A stretch of DNA of 64,000 bases from Octopus sinensis. Its lineage: Eukaryota. Positions 1-9,910 of the stretch are shown in pieces. The notes under the pieces were generated by a model. That model worked only from the letters and a program-made list of their open reading frames with translations, was not told the origin of the DNA and made no database searches. The number at the start of each line of letters is the position of its first letter. Positions within the stretch are counted from its first letter, which is position 1. The stretch lies in contig NC_043008.1 in assembly GCF_006345805.1 (NCBI RefSeq), positions 18,662,001-18,726,000 on the forward strand, given 5' to 3'. The position numbers and the translations under genes are program-made.

Positions 1-296
1 TCGCGCCAAATTTATCGGCAGCAAATAAATATAAGCCGTCGATTCCATTACGGAATAACCAGAAAATTCATAATTAATCAATATAGGGTGGCAAAAAAAA
101 TTTTGTAGAATTTTTTTCCACCAGCGGCCTAGTGGGAAAAAATTAAATAGTCATAGACCATTTTTAAGTTCAACATCAACAATCAAGGAACGGCCATAAT
201 AGGCCATTCACCCACTAGAAATAACAGCCAAAGCTTCAACCGCAAATAAAAATCAATTCCGTAAACAGGAGAAAATTAAAAAACATTTACCCTGTA

Positions 297-403
297 ATTT
301 CTTATACGATGCACCGTTTCATCTGCTGTTTAATGGTAAACTAACCTGATTAAATTAAATCAGGCCAATCTTCCATAGGCCCTCAGATTCTTCAGTAAGA
401 AAT
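297..403 (-). ncRNA. Type I hammerhead ribozyme, array copy 1 (intact core)
   Basis: Minus strand: AUUUCUUA-CUGAAGA-AUCUG..CAGAU-GAAA-CGGUGCAUCG-UA/UAAGAAAU. Predicted cleavage 3' of the A at plus position 305. Confidence 0.88.
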
Positions 404-787
404 AGCCACAAGTCGGAACAGATATTTTCACGAGGCATTTCCGACCCTGCCAAGGTAATATCTGACCTAAAATTTTCAAATCATCGCACTCGCGCCAAAT
501 TTATCGGCAGCAAATAAAATAAGCCGTCGATTCCATTACGGAATTAACCAGAAAATTCATAATTAATCAATATAGGGTGGCAAAAAAAATTTTGTAGAAT
601 TTTTTTCCACCAGCGGCCTAGTGGGAAAAAATTAAATAGTCATAGACCATTTTTAAGTTCAACATCAACAATCAAGGAACGGCCATAATAGGCCATTCAC
701 CCACTAGAAATAACAGCCAAAGCTTCAACAACCGCAATAAAATCAATTCCGTAAACAGGAGAAAATTTAAAAAACATTTACCCTGTA

Positions 788-895
788 ATTTCTTATACGA
801 TGCACCGTTTCATCTGCTTTTAATGGTAAAAGTAAACCCTGATTAAATTAAATCAGGCCAATCTTCATAGGCCCTCAGATTCTTCAGTAAGAAAT
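788..895 (-). ncRNA. Type I hammerhead ribozyme, array copy 2 (intact core)
   Basis: Same core and stems. Indels fall only inside the stem II insert. Cleavage nucleotide at 796. Confidence 0.87.
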
Positions 896-1278
896 AGCCA
901 CAAGTCGAACAGATATTTTCACGAGGCATTTCCGACCCTGCCAAGGTAATATCTGACCTAAAATTTTCAAATCATCGCACTCGCGCCAAATTTATCGGCA
1001 GCAAATAAATATAAGCCGTCGATTCCATTACGGAATTAACCAGAAAATTCATAATTAATCAATATAGGTGGCCAAAAAAATTTTGTAGAATTTTTTTGCC
1101 ACCAGCGGCCTAGTGGGAAAAAATTAAATAGTCATAGACCATTTTTAAGTTCAACATCAACAATCAAGGAACGGCCATAATAGGCCATTCACCCACTAGA
1201 AATAACAGCCAAAGCTTCAACCGCAAATAAAAATCAATTCCGTAAACAGGAGAAAATTTAAAAAACATTTACCCTGTA

Positions 1279-1385
1279 ATTTCTTATACGATGCACCGTT
1301 TCATCTGCTGTTTAATGGTAAACTAACCTGATTAAATTAAATCAGGCCAATCTTCCATAGGCCCTCAGATTCTTCAGTAAGAAAT
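1279..1385 (-). ncRNA. Type I hammerhead ribozyme, array copy 3 (intact core)
   Basis: Same core and stems. Cleavage nucleotide at 1287. Confidence 0.88.
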
Positions 1386-1765
1386 AGCCACAAGTCGAAC
1401 AGATATTTTCACGAGGCATTTCCGACCCTGCCAAGGTAATATCTGACCTAAAATTTTCAAATCATCGCACTCGCGGCAAATTTATCGGCAGCAAATAATA
1501 TAAGCCGTCGATTCCATTACGGAATTAACCAGAAAATTCATAATTAATCATATAGGGTGGCCAAAAAATTTTGTAGAATTTTTTTGCCACCAGCGGCCTA
1601 GTGGGAAAAAATTAATAGTCATAGACCATTTTTAAGTTCAACATCAACAATCAAGGAACGGCCATAATAGGCCATTCACCCACTAGAAATAACAGCCAAA
1701 GCTTCAACCGCAAATAAAAATCAATTCCGTAAACAGGAGAAAATTTAAAAAACATTTACCCTGTA

Positions 1766-1871
1766 ATTTCTTATACGATCCACCGTTTCATCTGCTGTTT
1801 AATGGTAAACTAACCTGATAAATTAAATCAGGCCAATCTTCCATAGGCCCTCAGATTCTTCAGTAAGAAAT
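1766..1871 (-). ncRNA. Type I hammerhead ribozyme, array copy 4 (intact core, loop III variant UGGA)
   Basis: Same core. The g>c change at 1780 alters only the stem III loop. Cleavage nucleotide at 1774. Confidence 0.87.
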
Positions 1872-2255
1872 AGCCACAAGTCGGAACAGATATTTTCACG
1901 AGGCATTTCCGAACCCTGCCAAGGTAATATCTGACCTAAAATTTTCAAATCATCGCACTCGCGCCAATTTATCGGCAGCAAATAAATATAAGCCGTCGAT
2001 TCCATTACGGAATTAACCAGAAAATTCATAATTAATCAATATAGGGTGGCAAAAAAAATTTTGTAGAATTTTTTTGCCACCAGCGGCCTAGTGGGAAAAA
2101 ATTAAATAGTCATAGACCATTTTTAAGTTCAACATCAACAATCAAGGAACGGCCATAATAGGCCATTCACCCACTAGAAATAACAGCCAAAGCTTCAACC
2201 GCAAATAAAAATCATTCCGTAAACAGGAGAAAATTTAAAAAACATTTACCCTGTA

Positions 2256-2361
2256 ATTTCTTATACGATCCACCGTTTCATCTGCTGTTTAATGGAAACT
2301 AACCTGATTAAATTAAATCAGGCCAATCTTCCATAGGCCCTCAGATTCTTCAGTAAGAAAT
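2256..2361 (-). ncRNA. Type I hammerhead ribozyme, array copy 5 (intact core, loop III variant UGGA)
   Basis: Same core, with the g>c change at 2270. Cleavage nucleotide at 2264. Confidence 0.87.
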
Positions 2362-2631
2362 AGCCACAAGTCGGAACAGATATTTTCATGAGGCATTTCC
2401 GACCCTGCCAAGGTAATATCTGACCTAAAATTTTCAAATCATCGCACTCGCGGCAAATTTATCGGCAGCAAATAAATATAAGCCGTCGATTCCATTCCGT
2501 AATGGAATCGACGGCTTATATTTATTGCTGCCGATAAATTTGGCGCGAGTGCGATGATTTGAAAATTTTAGGTCAGATATTACCTTGCAGGGTCGGAAAT
2601 GCCTCGTGAATATCTGTTCCGACTTGTGGCT

Positions 2632-2737
2632 ATTTCTTACTGAAGAATCTGAGGGCCTATGGAAGATTGGCCTGATTTAATTAATCAGGTTAGTTTACCA
2701 TTAAACAGCAGATGAAACGGTGCATCGTATAAGAAAT
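2632..2737 (+). ncRNA. Type I hammerhead ribozyme, array copy 6 (intact core)
   Basis: atttctta 2632-39, ctgaaga 2640-46, atctg 2647-51, cagat 2709-13, gaaa 2714-17, cggtgcatcg 2718-27, ta 2728-29, taagaaat 2730-37. Stem I extends through cttgtg 2623-28 / tacagg 2738-43 with a GCU bulge. Confidence 0.9.
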
Positions 2738-3122
2738 TACAGGGTAAATGTTTTTTAAATTTTCTCCTGTTTACGGAATTGATTTTTATTTGCGGTTGAA
2801 GCTTTGGCTGTTATTTCTAGTGGGTGAATGGCCTATTATGACCGTTCCTTGATTGTTGATGTTGAACTTAAAAATGGTCTATGACTATTTAATTTTTTCC
2901 CACTAGGCCGCTGGTGGCAAAAAAATTCTACAAAATTTTTTTTGCCACCCTATATTGATTAATTATGAATTTTCTGGTTAATTCCGTAATGGAATCGACG
3001 GCTTATATTTATTTGCTGCCGATAAATTTGGCGCGAGTGCGATGATTTGAAAATTTTAGGTCAGATATTACCTTGGCAGGGTCGGAAATGCCTCGTGAAA
3101 ATATCTGTTCCGACTTGTGGCT

Positions 3123-3229
3123 ATTTCTTACTAAAGAATCTGAGGGCCTATGGAAGATTGGCCTGATTTAATTTAATCAGGTTAGTTTACCATTAAACAG
3201 CAGATGAAACGGTGCATCGTATAAGAAAT
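3123..3229 (+). ncRNA. Type I hammerhead, array copy 7 (core mutant CUAAAGA, predicted inactive)
   Basis: Stems are intact but the core reads ctaaaga at 3131-37 (G5>A at 3133). Confidence 0.8.
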
Positions 3230-3611
3230 ACAGGGTAAATGTTTTTTAAATTTTCTCCTGTTTACGGAATTGATTTTTATTTGCGGTTGAAGCTTGGCTG
3301 TTATTTCTAGTGGGTGAATGGCCTATTATGACCGTTCCTTGATTGTTGATGTTGAACTTAAAAATGGTCTATGACTATTTAATTTTTTCCCACTAGGCCG
3401 CTGGTGGCAAAAAAATTCTACAAAATTTTTTTTGCCACCCTATATTGATTAATTATGAATTTTCTGGTTAATTCCGTAATGGAATCGACGGCTTATATTT
3501 ATTTGCTGCCGATAAATTTGGCGCGAGTGCGATGATTTGAAAATTTTAGGTCAGATATTACCTTGGCAGGGTCGGAAATGCCTCGTGAAAAATCTGTTCC
3601 GACTTGTGGCT

Positions 3612-3718
3612 ATTTCTTACTGAAGAATCTGAGGGCCTATGGAAGATTGGCCTGATTTAATTTAATCAGGTTAGTTTACCATTAAACAGCAGATGAAACG
3701 GTGCATCGTATAAGAAAT
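3612..3718 (+). ncRNA. Type I hammerhead ribozyme, array copy 8 (intact core)
   Basis: ctgaaga 3620-26, gaaa 3695-98, cleavage nucleotide A3710, taagaaat 3711-18. Confidence 0.88.
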
Positions 3719-3941
3719 TACAGGGTAAATGTTTTTTAAATTTTCTCCTGTTTACGGAATTGATTTTTATTTGCGGTTGAAGCTTTGGCTGTTATTTCTA
3801 GTGGGTGAATGGCTTATTATGGCCGTTCCTTGATTGTTGATGTTGAACTTAAAAATGGTCTATGACTATTTAATTTTTTCCCACTAGGCCGCTGGTGGCA
3901 AAAAAATTCTACAAAATTTTTTTTTTGCCACCCTATATTGA

Positions 3942-3947
<6 letters not shown>

Positions 3948-3992
<45 letters not shown>

Positions 3993-4076
3993 ATAAATAT
4001 ATATATCTGTATATTTATATATATATATATATATATATAAATATATATATTATATTATATATATATATATATATAT
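3948..4076. repeat. (TA)n-rich microsatellite bounding the array
   Basis: Interrupted (TA)n run. Confidence 0.9.
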
Positions 4077-4090
4077 CAAAAGGATGTGTT

Positions 4091-4374
4091 TATAATGCTA
4101 TTCCAAAGCCGTACCTATAATCCAATAATACTAACCCACATGTTACTAATCCATTAATGAAAGTACCCTAAACTTATAATCCAAGGTAATTCACACATAC
4201 CAGGGGACCTGTCAACGAGGAATTAAGTTCACACATTATCAATGCATAGTATAATATATCAAAGGTTGTGGTATAATACTATTCTACAACCATACCACCC
4301 ATCCAATGATACTAATCTATATAATACAAATCCATTAGTCAAAGTACCTTAACCTTATAATCCAATGTAATTCA
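4091..4374. repeat. Degenerate ~103-bp direct repeat, period 181
   Basis: 4091-4193 tataatgctattcc...tataatccaaggtaattca versus 4272-4374 tataatactattct...tataatccaatgtaattca. Confidence 0.7.
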
Positions 4375-4386
4375 ATATTACATATA

Positions 4387-4800
4387 AAGTCGGCGAGCTG
4401 TCAGAAACGTTCGCACGCCGGGCGAAATGCTTAGTGAGTTTTTCGTCTGCTGTTACGTTGTGAGGTCCAATTTCGTCGAGGTCGACTTTGCCTGTCATCC
4501 TTTCGGGGTCGATAAATTAAGTACCATGTAATCGACTTAATCTTTTTCTCTGTCCTTTTTTGTCCCCTCCATGTTTAGCCCCTTTTGGGCAATAAAGAAA
4601 TACAAAACGTTTGCACGCCGGGTGAAATGCTTTGTGGTTTTTTCGTCTGTCTTTACGTTCTGAATTCCAATTCCGCCGATGTCAACTTTGCCTGTCATCC
4701 TTTCAGGTCGATAAATTAAATACTAGTTCCGTACTGGGATCGATCTAATTGACAGCCCCCCTCCCCCAAAATTTCGGGCATAGTGCCTAAAGTTGAATAG
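4387..4800 (+). mobile_element. tRNA-derived SINE, family B (ggcgagctggcagaaacgttagcacg head), with internal partial duplication
   Basis: Shares gtcgactttgcc..tcatcctttcggggtcgataaattaagtacca with several other copies in the window. Confidence 0.85.
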
Positions 4801-4831
4801 AATTATATATATATTATATATATATATATAT

Positions 4832-4868
<37 letters not shown>

Positions 4869-5978
4869 TATATACGGCCATAGTTTGGTGCAATCAAACA
4901 TTGACTTCTTATTTCTTTTTGCTTAAATGCATATTCTTGTATCCAATTTCTTCCAATGTTCTTTGAACTCTTCGCATATCTATATTTATTCCATATTTCT
5001 CCTTCACTTTCTGTGCCGTTGCATTTTCTCCAGCTACCAACACATTGTGTTTTTTCCCAAGCGACGTTTTCCTTCCTTTATCTTTTTCATTAACATATAT
5101 TCCACTTCAATATCTTGGAATCAATATCTATGTTACTCAGGCTGAGGACATCTCCTCATTTCCTTCGAATTCATTTCCTTTGAATTCATTTCCTTTGAAT
5201 TCATTTTCAACCGAAAAGGTGATGTTTCTAAAAGTAAAGAAGGGTTTCTCGTAGGGTAATATTTGTTCGACTACTGCATGCTGCAGCCTTTTCTCGACAA
5301 AAGTTGCATTATAAGTTTGAAAGGATTGTCCAAGATGATGCTAAAGTAAGCATTATATGCCCGAAAATTGTGTCGCGCAATTTACACCAAAAAACGAAGA
5401 AAAAATGCAGAAAGCTCCCGCAGTACACAAAAGACAAAAACAGACATCTTAACTTCAATTTAAAATTCACAAATGCGTGCTTAACTGCTCAGCGTAGCTC
5501 TACGAAATAAACGTTCTAAAATTACTCAGGTGTCTATAAGAATTCGCCGAATACCTGTACACACACACACACCCATAAACACACACAATCACACACATGC
5601 ACACAAACACACACACACAAACATATATAGTGAGAACTTAGATAAAAAGACAAAATGCAAAGAGGGGTGTGTAAACAGCAAACAGATGTATTAATTTAAC
5701 GCTTGGGAAATGAGAAAGTCTTTTACGTTTTGAGTTTTGAGGTTTAGTGGCTATCTATCTATCATGGCGAATTATATATATATACTTTGATACTTTGATA
5801 CTTTGATAGGTTTCGGCCATTATTGGCCCAGGCCATGTCTAACTTAATAGCACCAGTATAATATGATATATATTAAAGTGAGAAGGAGTATGAGATTTAG
5901 AAATAGATCTTAGATTGTGTGTGCGTTCATGTTCATAGAAAAGAAATATGCGTATATATATATATATATGTATGTATG

Positions 5979-6022
<44 letters not shown>

Positions 6023-6172
6023 TACATATTTCTTTTTCTATGAACATGAACGAGCACACAATCCAAGATATATTTCTAATTCTCATACACTATCTCCTTT
6101 TTTTCTCTTTCTTTGTTTGTCTTTCACACACACACTCTCTCCCTCTTTCTCTCTTTCTCTATTCCTCCATAG

Positions 6173-6266
6173 GTATTTATCCCTCAGCAGAGAAGACGGA
6201 AAAGTTCAGCGTTGGCTATACGGCACAGACGTCCGGAAGCTAGAGTCAGATTTATCACAGCAGTGA
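6173..6266 (+). CDS. Candidate terminal coding exon (YLSLSREDGKVQRWLYGTDVRKLESDLSQQ*), gene not recognised
   Basis: Long polypyrimidine tract plus AG at 6171-72, then 30 non-repetitive codons and TGA. No homology recognised. Confidence 0.35.
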
Positions 6267-6513
6267 AAATAGAAACTTGTAGCCATCAAGTGCGGAAACA
6301 GCATCTGCCATCTTCACTCTTGAAACTGCAGTAAATCAGTGACTGGGTCACTGGTCCCCTCTTTGGTCATAAATGTTCGATGAGCCCATTGTTCATTAAT
6401 GCATATGCGTATATATTTTAACTCACGCACATACACATATATATATATATGGTTATATATGTATACCTGTATACACACACGCACACACACACACATATAT
6501 ATATATATGTGTG

Positions 6514-6549
<36 letters not shown>

Positions 6550-6578
6550 TATAATATATATATACATATGTGTATGTA

Positions 6579-6623
<45 letters not shown>

Positions 6624-6649
6624 TCACACACATACATATATATATATGC

Positions 6650-6680
<31 letters not shown>

Positions 6681-6785
6681 GACTCGCATGCGCATACATG
6701 GACACACGACATTTACATATACACAAACAACCACGCGCGAATGGGTTCTGTTTTTATGTGCTTTGTGTATGTATATACATACAAG

Positions 6786-6816
<31 letters not shown>

Positions 6817-6827
6817 ATGTGTGTGTG

Positions 6828-6865
<38 letters not shown>

Positions 6866-6958
6866 CAGAGAGAGAGATAGAGAGGGAAAGATAGACAGAC
6901 AGATAGAGACAGACAGACAGAGCCTATGCTTCTATTTGTATGTATATATATATATGTG

Positions 6959-6995
<37 letters not shown>

Positions 6996-7975
6996 GCATG
7001 TATGTATATAGCATATAGCATGTGTCTGTGTGTGTGTATCGTGGTAGTGGGTACTCTTGTTTACTCAGAGAACGAATGAAGGACAATTTGAAAGTCTGTT
7101 TTCAACCGGCGATTCATTAATTTCATAAAATATTCTATTTTCTATTGAATTGAAAGTTTGAAGAGTTTTGGGATTAACAGTTGGCACCAACAGATATATA
7201 TCTATAAGCTCATGTGGTAACAAATTCTTAATACAATTAACGAAAAGGAAATGAAAGACAAATTTGTATTTGCTGAGATACGTTTCTTGGATAGTACTGT
7301 TGAGGATATGTAGGTAGTGTTATTAGAATGTCAAAAGGTCTGCTTACTTTCAATATGAAAATTATGTTTTCCAATGACTAGCTTCAGACTTCTCTTGTAA
7401 TTATTCACAGGCCAGTAGGTCAAGAAACTGACTAATTTATGGGTAACCCTATCGATGCAAGTGCCAGATTTTCTCCTCGTCCTCCTCATCCTCCTCATCT
7501 TCCTCTCCTCCTCCTCCTCCTCCGCACCAGCCTCTTAAGTAAGAAGTTGCAAATGGCTGTCCAATATCTATCAAATATTAGATTCCCAATTTTACTGCCT
7601 GTAGGATATGGTTGATTAAAATAAATTCTACTCTCGTTCACTTATACTCCTTAGTTTTCGATAACCTTCCAACGTAACTGAAACCACGTGATGTGTGCAA
7701 GGTATATTTAATTCACACTTGTATAATTCGGTAAAACGTTCTCTTATATATATGCATTTTTATTTTTATGCTTTTTTTTCTCTATTTTCGAAATGCGTGT
7801 TTCATTCATGTAGTTGGAAACTAAAGAAGTGTAAACATCCCGAACTTTCAACATTCGCACATGAAGAGTGACCGCACGTTACAAATGTATCGTATATACA
7901 CAATGACAATATATCTGTCTATCTATCAATCTCTCTCCCTCTCTCTCTCTCTCTCTCACACACTATATATATATA

Positions 7976-8187
7976 TTTTACTTGTTTCAGTCATTTGACG
8001 GCGGCCATGCTGGAGCACCGCCTTTAGTCGAGCAGATCGATCCCGGGACTTATTCTTTGTAAGCCCAGTACTTATTCTATCGGTCTCTTTTGCCGAACCG
8101 CTAAGTGACGGGGACGTAAACACACCAGCATCGGTTGTCAAGCAATGCTAGGGGGACAAACACAGACACACAAACACATACACACAC

Positions 8188-8229
<42 letters not shown>

Positions 8230-8317
8230 ATATATTATATATACGACAGGCTTCTTTCAGTTTCCGTCTTCCAAATCCACTCACAGGCATTGGTCGGCCG
8301 GGGGCTATAGCAGAAGA
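7976..8317 (-). mobile_element. tRNA-derived SINE, family A (5'-truncated)
   Basis: Matches the full copies at 30511-30927 and 56954-57366. Confidence 0.9.
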
Positions 8318-8400
8318 TAGATAGAAAATAGATATACACAAATATATACATATATAGAAATACATACATATACAAATATATACACAAATATTTTCGTATA

Positions 8401-8431
<31 letters not shown>

Positions 8432-8585
8432 AGATATAAATACATACATATATGTGTGCGTGTGTATGTATATATATATATATTTACAATGATTTTCTAT
8501 TCTTAATACAGGTTACAGGTACTTTACTAGCATATATATATATATAATAATGGAATAATTACTGTGGAGCATTGTGTAGAATATA

Positions 8586-8916
8586 TTGTATAAAAGATCA
8601 TGTTTAAGGCCAAACCAATGCGAAGTAAATGCAAGGCAAATCGTAAGTAAACAAATATGTGAATTAACGTAGACTTACCTTACATTCAATATTTCGGGGT
8701 TATGATCCCAGTTTCAAGAAATTGACGAATGTTGCTGATGTACGCGTGTATGAACGTGACGCACATCGGCAACATTCGTCATTTTCTTGAGGATGAGGTC
8801 ATAACCCCGAAATATTGAATACAAGGTAAGTGTACGTTAATTCACATATTTGTTTTCTTGCGATTTACCTTGCAATTACTTAGCATTGTTTGGCCTTACC
8901 CACGATTTTTATACAA
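8586..8916. repeat. Imperfect fold-back (arms ~155 bp) carrying decayed hammerhead-like motifs
   Basis: 8586-8741 is the reverse complement of 8763-8916, with a 21-nt spacer. Confidence 0.85.
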
Positions 8917-8924
8917 CATATATA

Positions 8925-9288
8925 TGTGGAAAGTAGCTTGCTTACCAACCACATGGTTCTGGGTTCAGTCCCATTACGTGGAATCTTGGGCAAGTGTCTT
9001 CTACTATAGCCTCGGGTCGACCAAAGTTTTGTGAGTGGATTTGGTAGACGGAAACTGAAAGAAGCCCGTCGAATACATATATATATATATACATGTGTGT
9101 GTGTGTGTGTGTGTGTGTCTGTGTCTGTGTCTGTGTGTCTGTGTGTCTGTGTGTCTGTGTGTGTTTGCGTGTTTGTGTTTGTCCCCCCAACATTACTTGA
9201 CAACCGATGCTAGTGTGTTGACGTCTCCGTAACTTAGCGGTTCAGCAAAAGCGTCCACTGGAATAAGTACTAGGCTTACAGAGAATAA
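8925..9288 (+). mobile_element. tRNA-derived SINE, family A
   Basis: B-box-like gggttcagtccc, then ttgggcaagtgtcttctactatagcc, internal (TG)n. Confidence 0.9.
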
Positions 9289-9294
9289 TGTGTC

Positions 9295-9600
9295 TAATGT
9301 CCTCCTGTACTACTATTGCCATATATATTCCACTCCGACACCCCAAGTCCTTTGGTGATGTCCTTCATTGATTTTCCGGGATTACCATAGATAATGTTTC
9401 GAACCCGTTTGCTGAATTGCTGTGTCTGTGTAATGAGCGAACATATAGAATGGACTGCTTTCTTTTTCCAATTGTATCTGAACTTTGTGTGGAAAAGTCC
9501 TTGTAACATTTAGAAAGTTGGCAATTTTAAATCTCTGTTTCGCACATGTAGCGACAATGACCGCTATCTTTCCATTCCTTGTTTTTAGTATTTTATCTGC
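9295..9600 (-). pseudogene. Tc1/mariner (maT-like) transposase N-terminal remnant
   Basis: Minus-strand peptide ..QQFSKRVRNIIYGNPGKSMKDITKGLGVSE resembles the HTH segment (..DENPGKSMRAIA..L.VSE) of Tc1/mariner transposases. Confidence 0.6.
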
Positions 9601-9910
9601 CGTGAGGGATCTGAAAGAAATAAAAACATTTTAATTAGTTTGAAGAGCATAATATACTGCTAATAAATTGCACTCAAATTCCCCTGTTAACAGCAATATC
9701 TTTATGTTAATTAGATATTTATATTTCGATATCCTCATCCGACCCCGAGAAACAAGAGATAGAATCATATCCTATCATACACAAACACATTATATAGTAA
9801 TGTCAACTTGGCTCTTCATTGTGCCGATAATTTCCAAATCCCTAATTAATTTCATTGATTTAATATTTTGATTCAAGCCTGAACATAGTCAACTTGTTCA
9901 CTACAAAGTA

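Larger units (their letters stand above)
1..2496 (-). repeat. Tandem array of ~490-bp hammerhead-containing units (left arm, ~5.1 copies, runs off the left edge of the window)
   Basis: Unit start tcgcg(c/g)caa recurs at 1, 490, 981, 1471, 1959, 2448 (periods 488-491). Units differ mainly by homopolymer indels and a few substitutions. Confidence 0.97.
2501..3947 (+). repeat. Inverted arm of the same ~490-bp array (~3 copies), ending in a (TA)n tract
   Basis: Reverse complement of the left-arm unit. It starts aatggaatcgacggc at 2501 and ends ccctatattgattaattat at ~3947, directly followed by (TA)n. Confidence 0.97.

Noticed and set aside
1823-2029. 68-aa ORF in the array
   Set aside because: The frame is broken by indels in other units. 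It overlaps the ribozyme and has no recognisable motif.
2550-2630. HDV-like ribozyme in the array unit
   Set aside because: The A-B-A'-B' order and a CCUCG loop are suggestive, but there is no P1.1 GG, P4 or J4/2 catalytic C between A' and B'.
1-3947. 5S rDNA, snRNA or CRISPR array
   Set aside because: No recognisable 5S or snRNA sequence and no repeat-spacer structure. The units are near-identical along their whole length.
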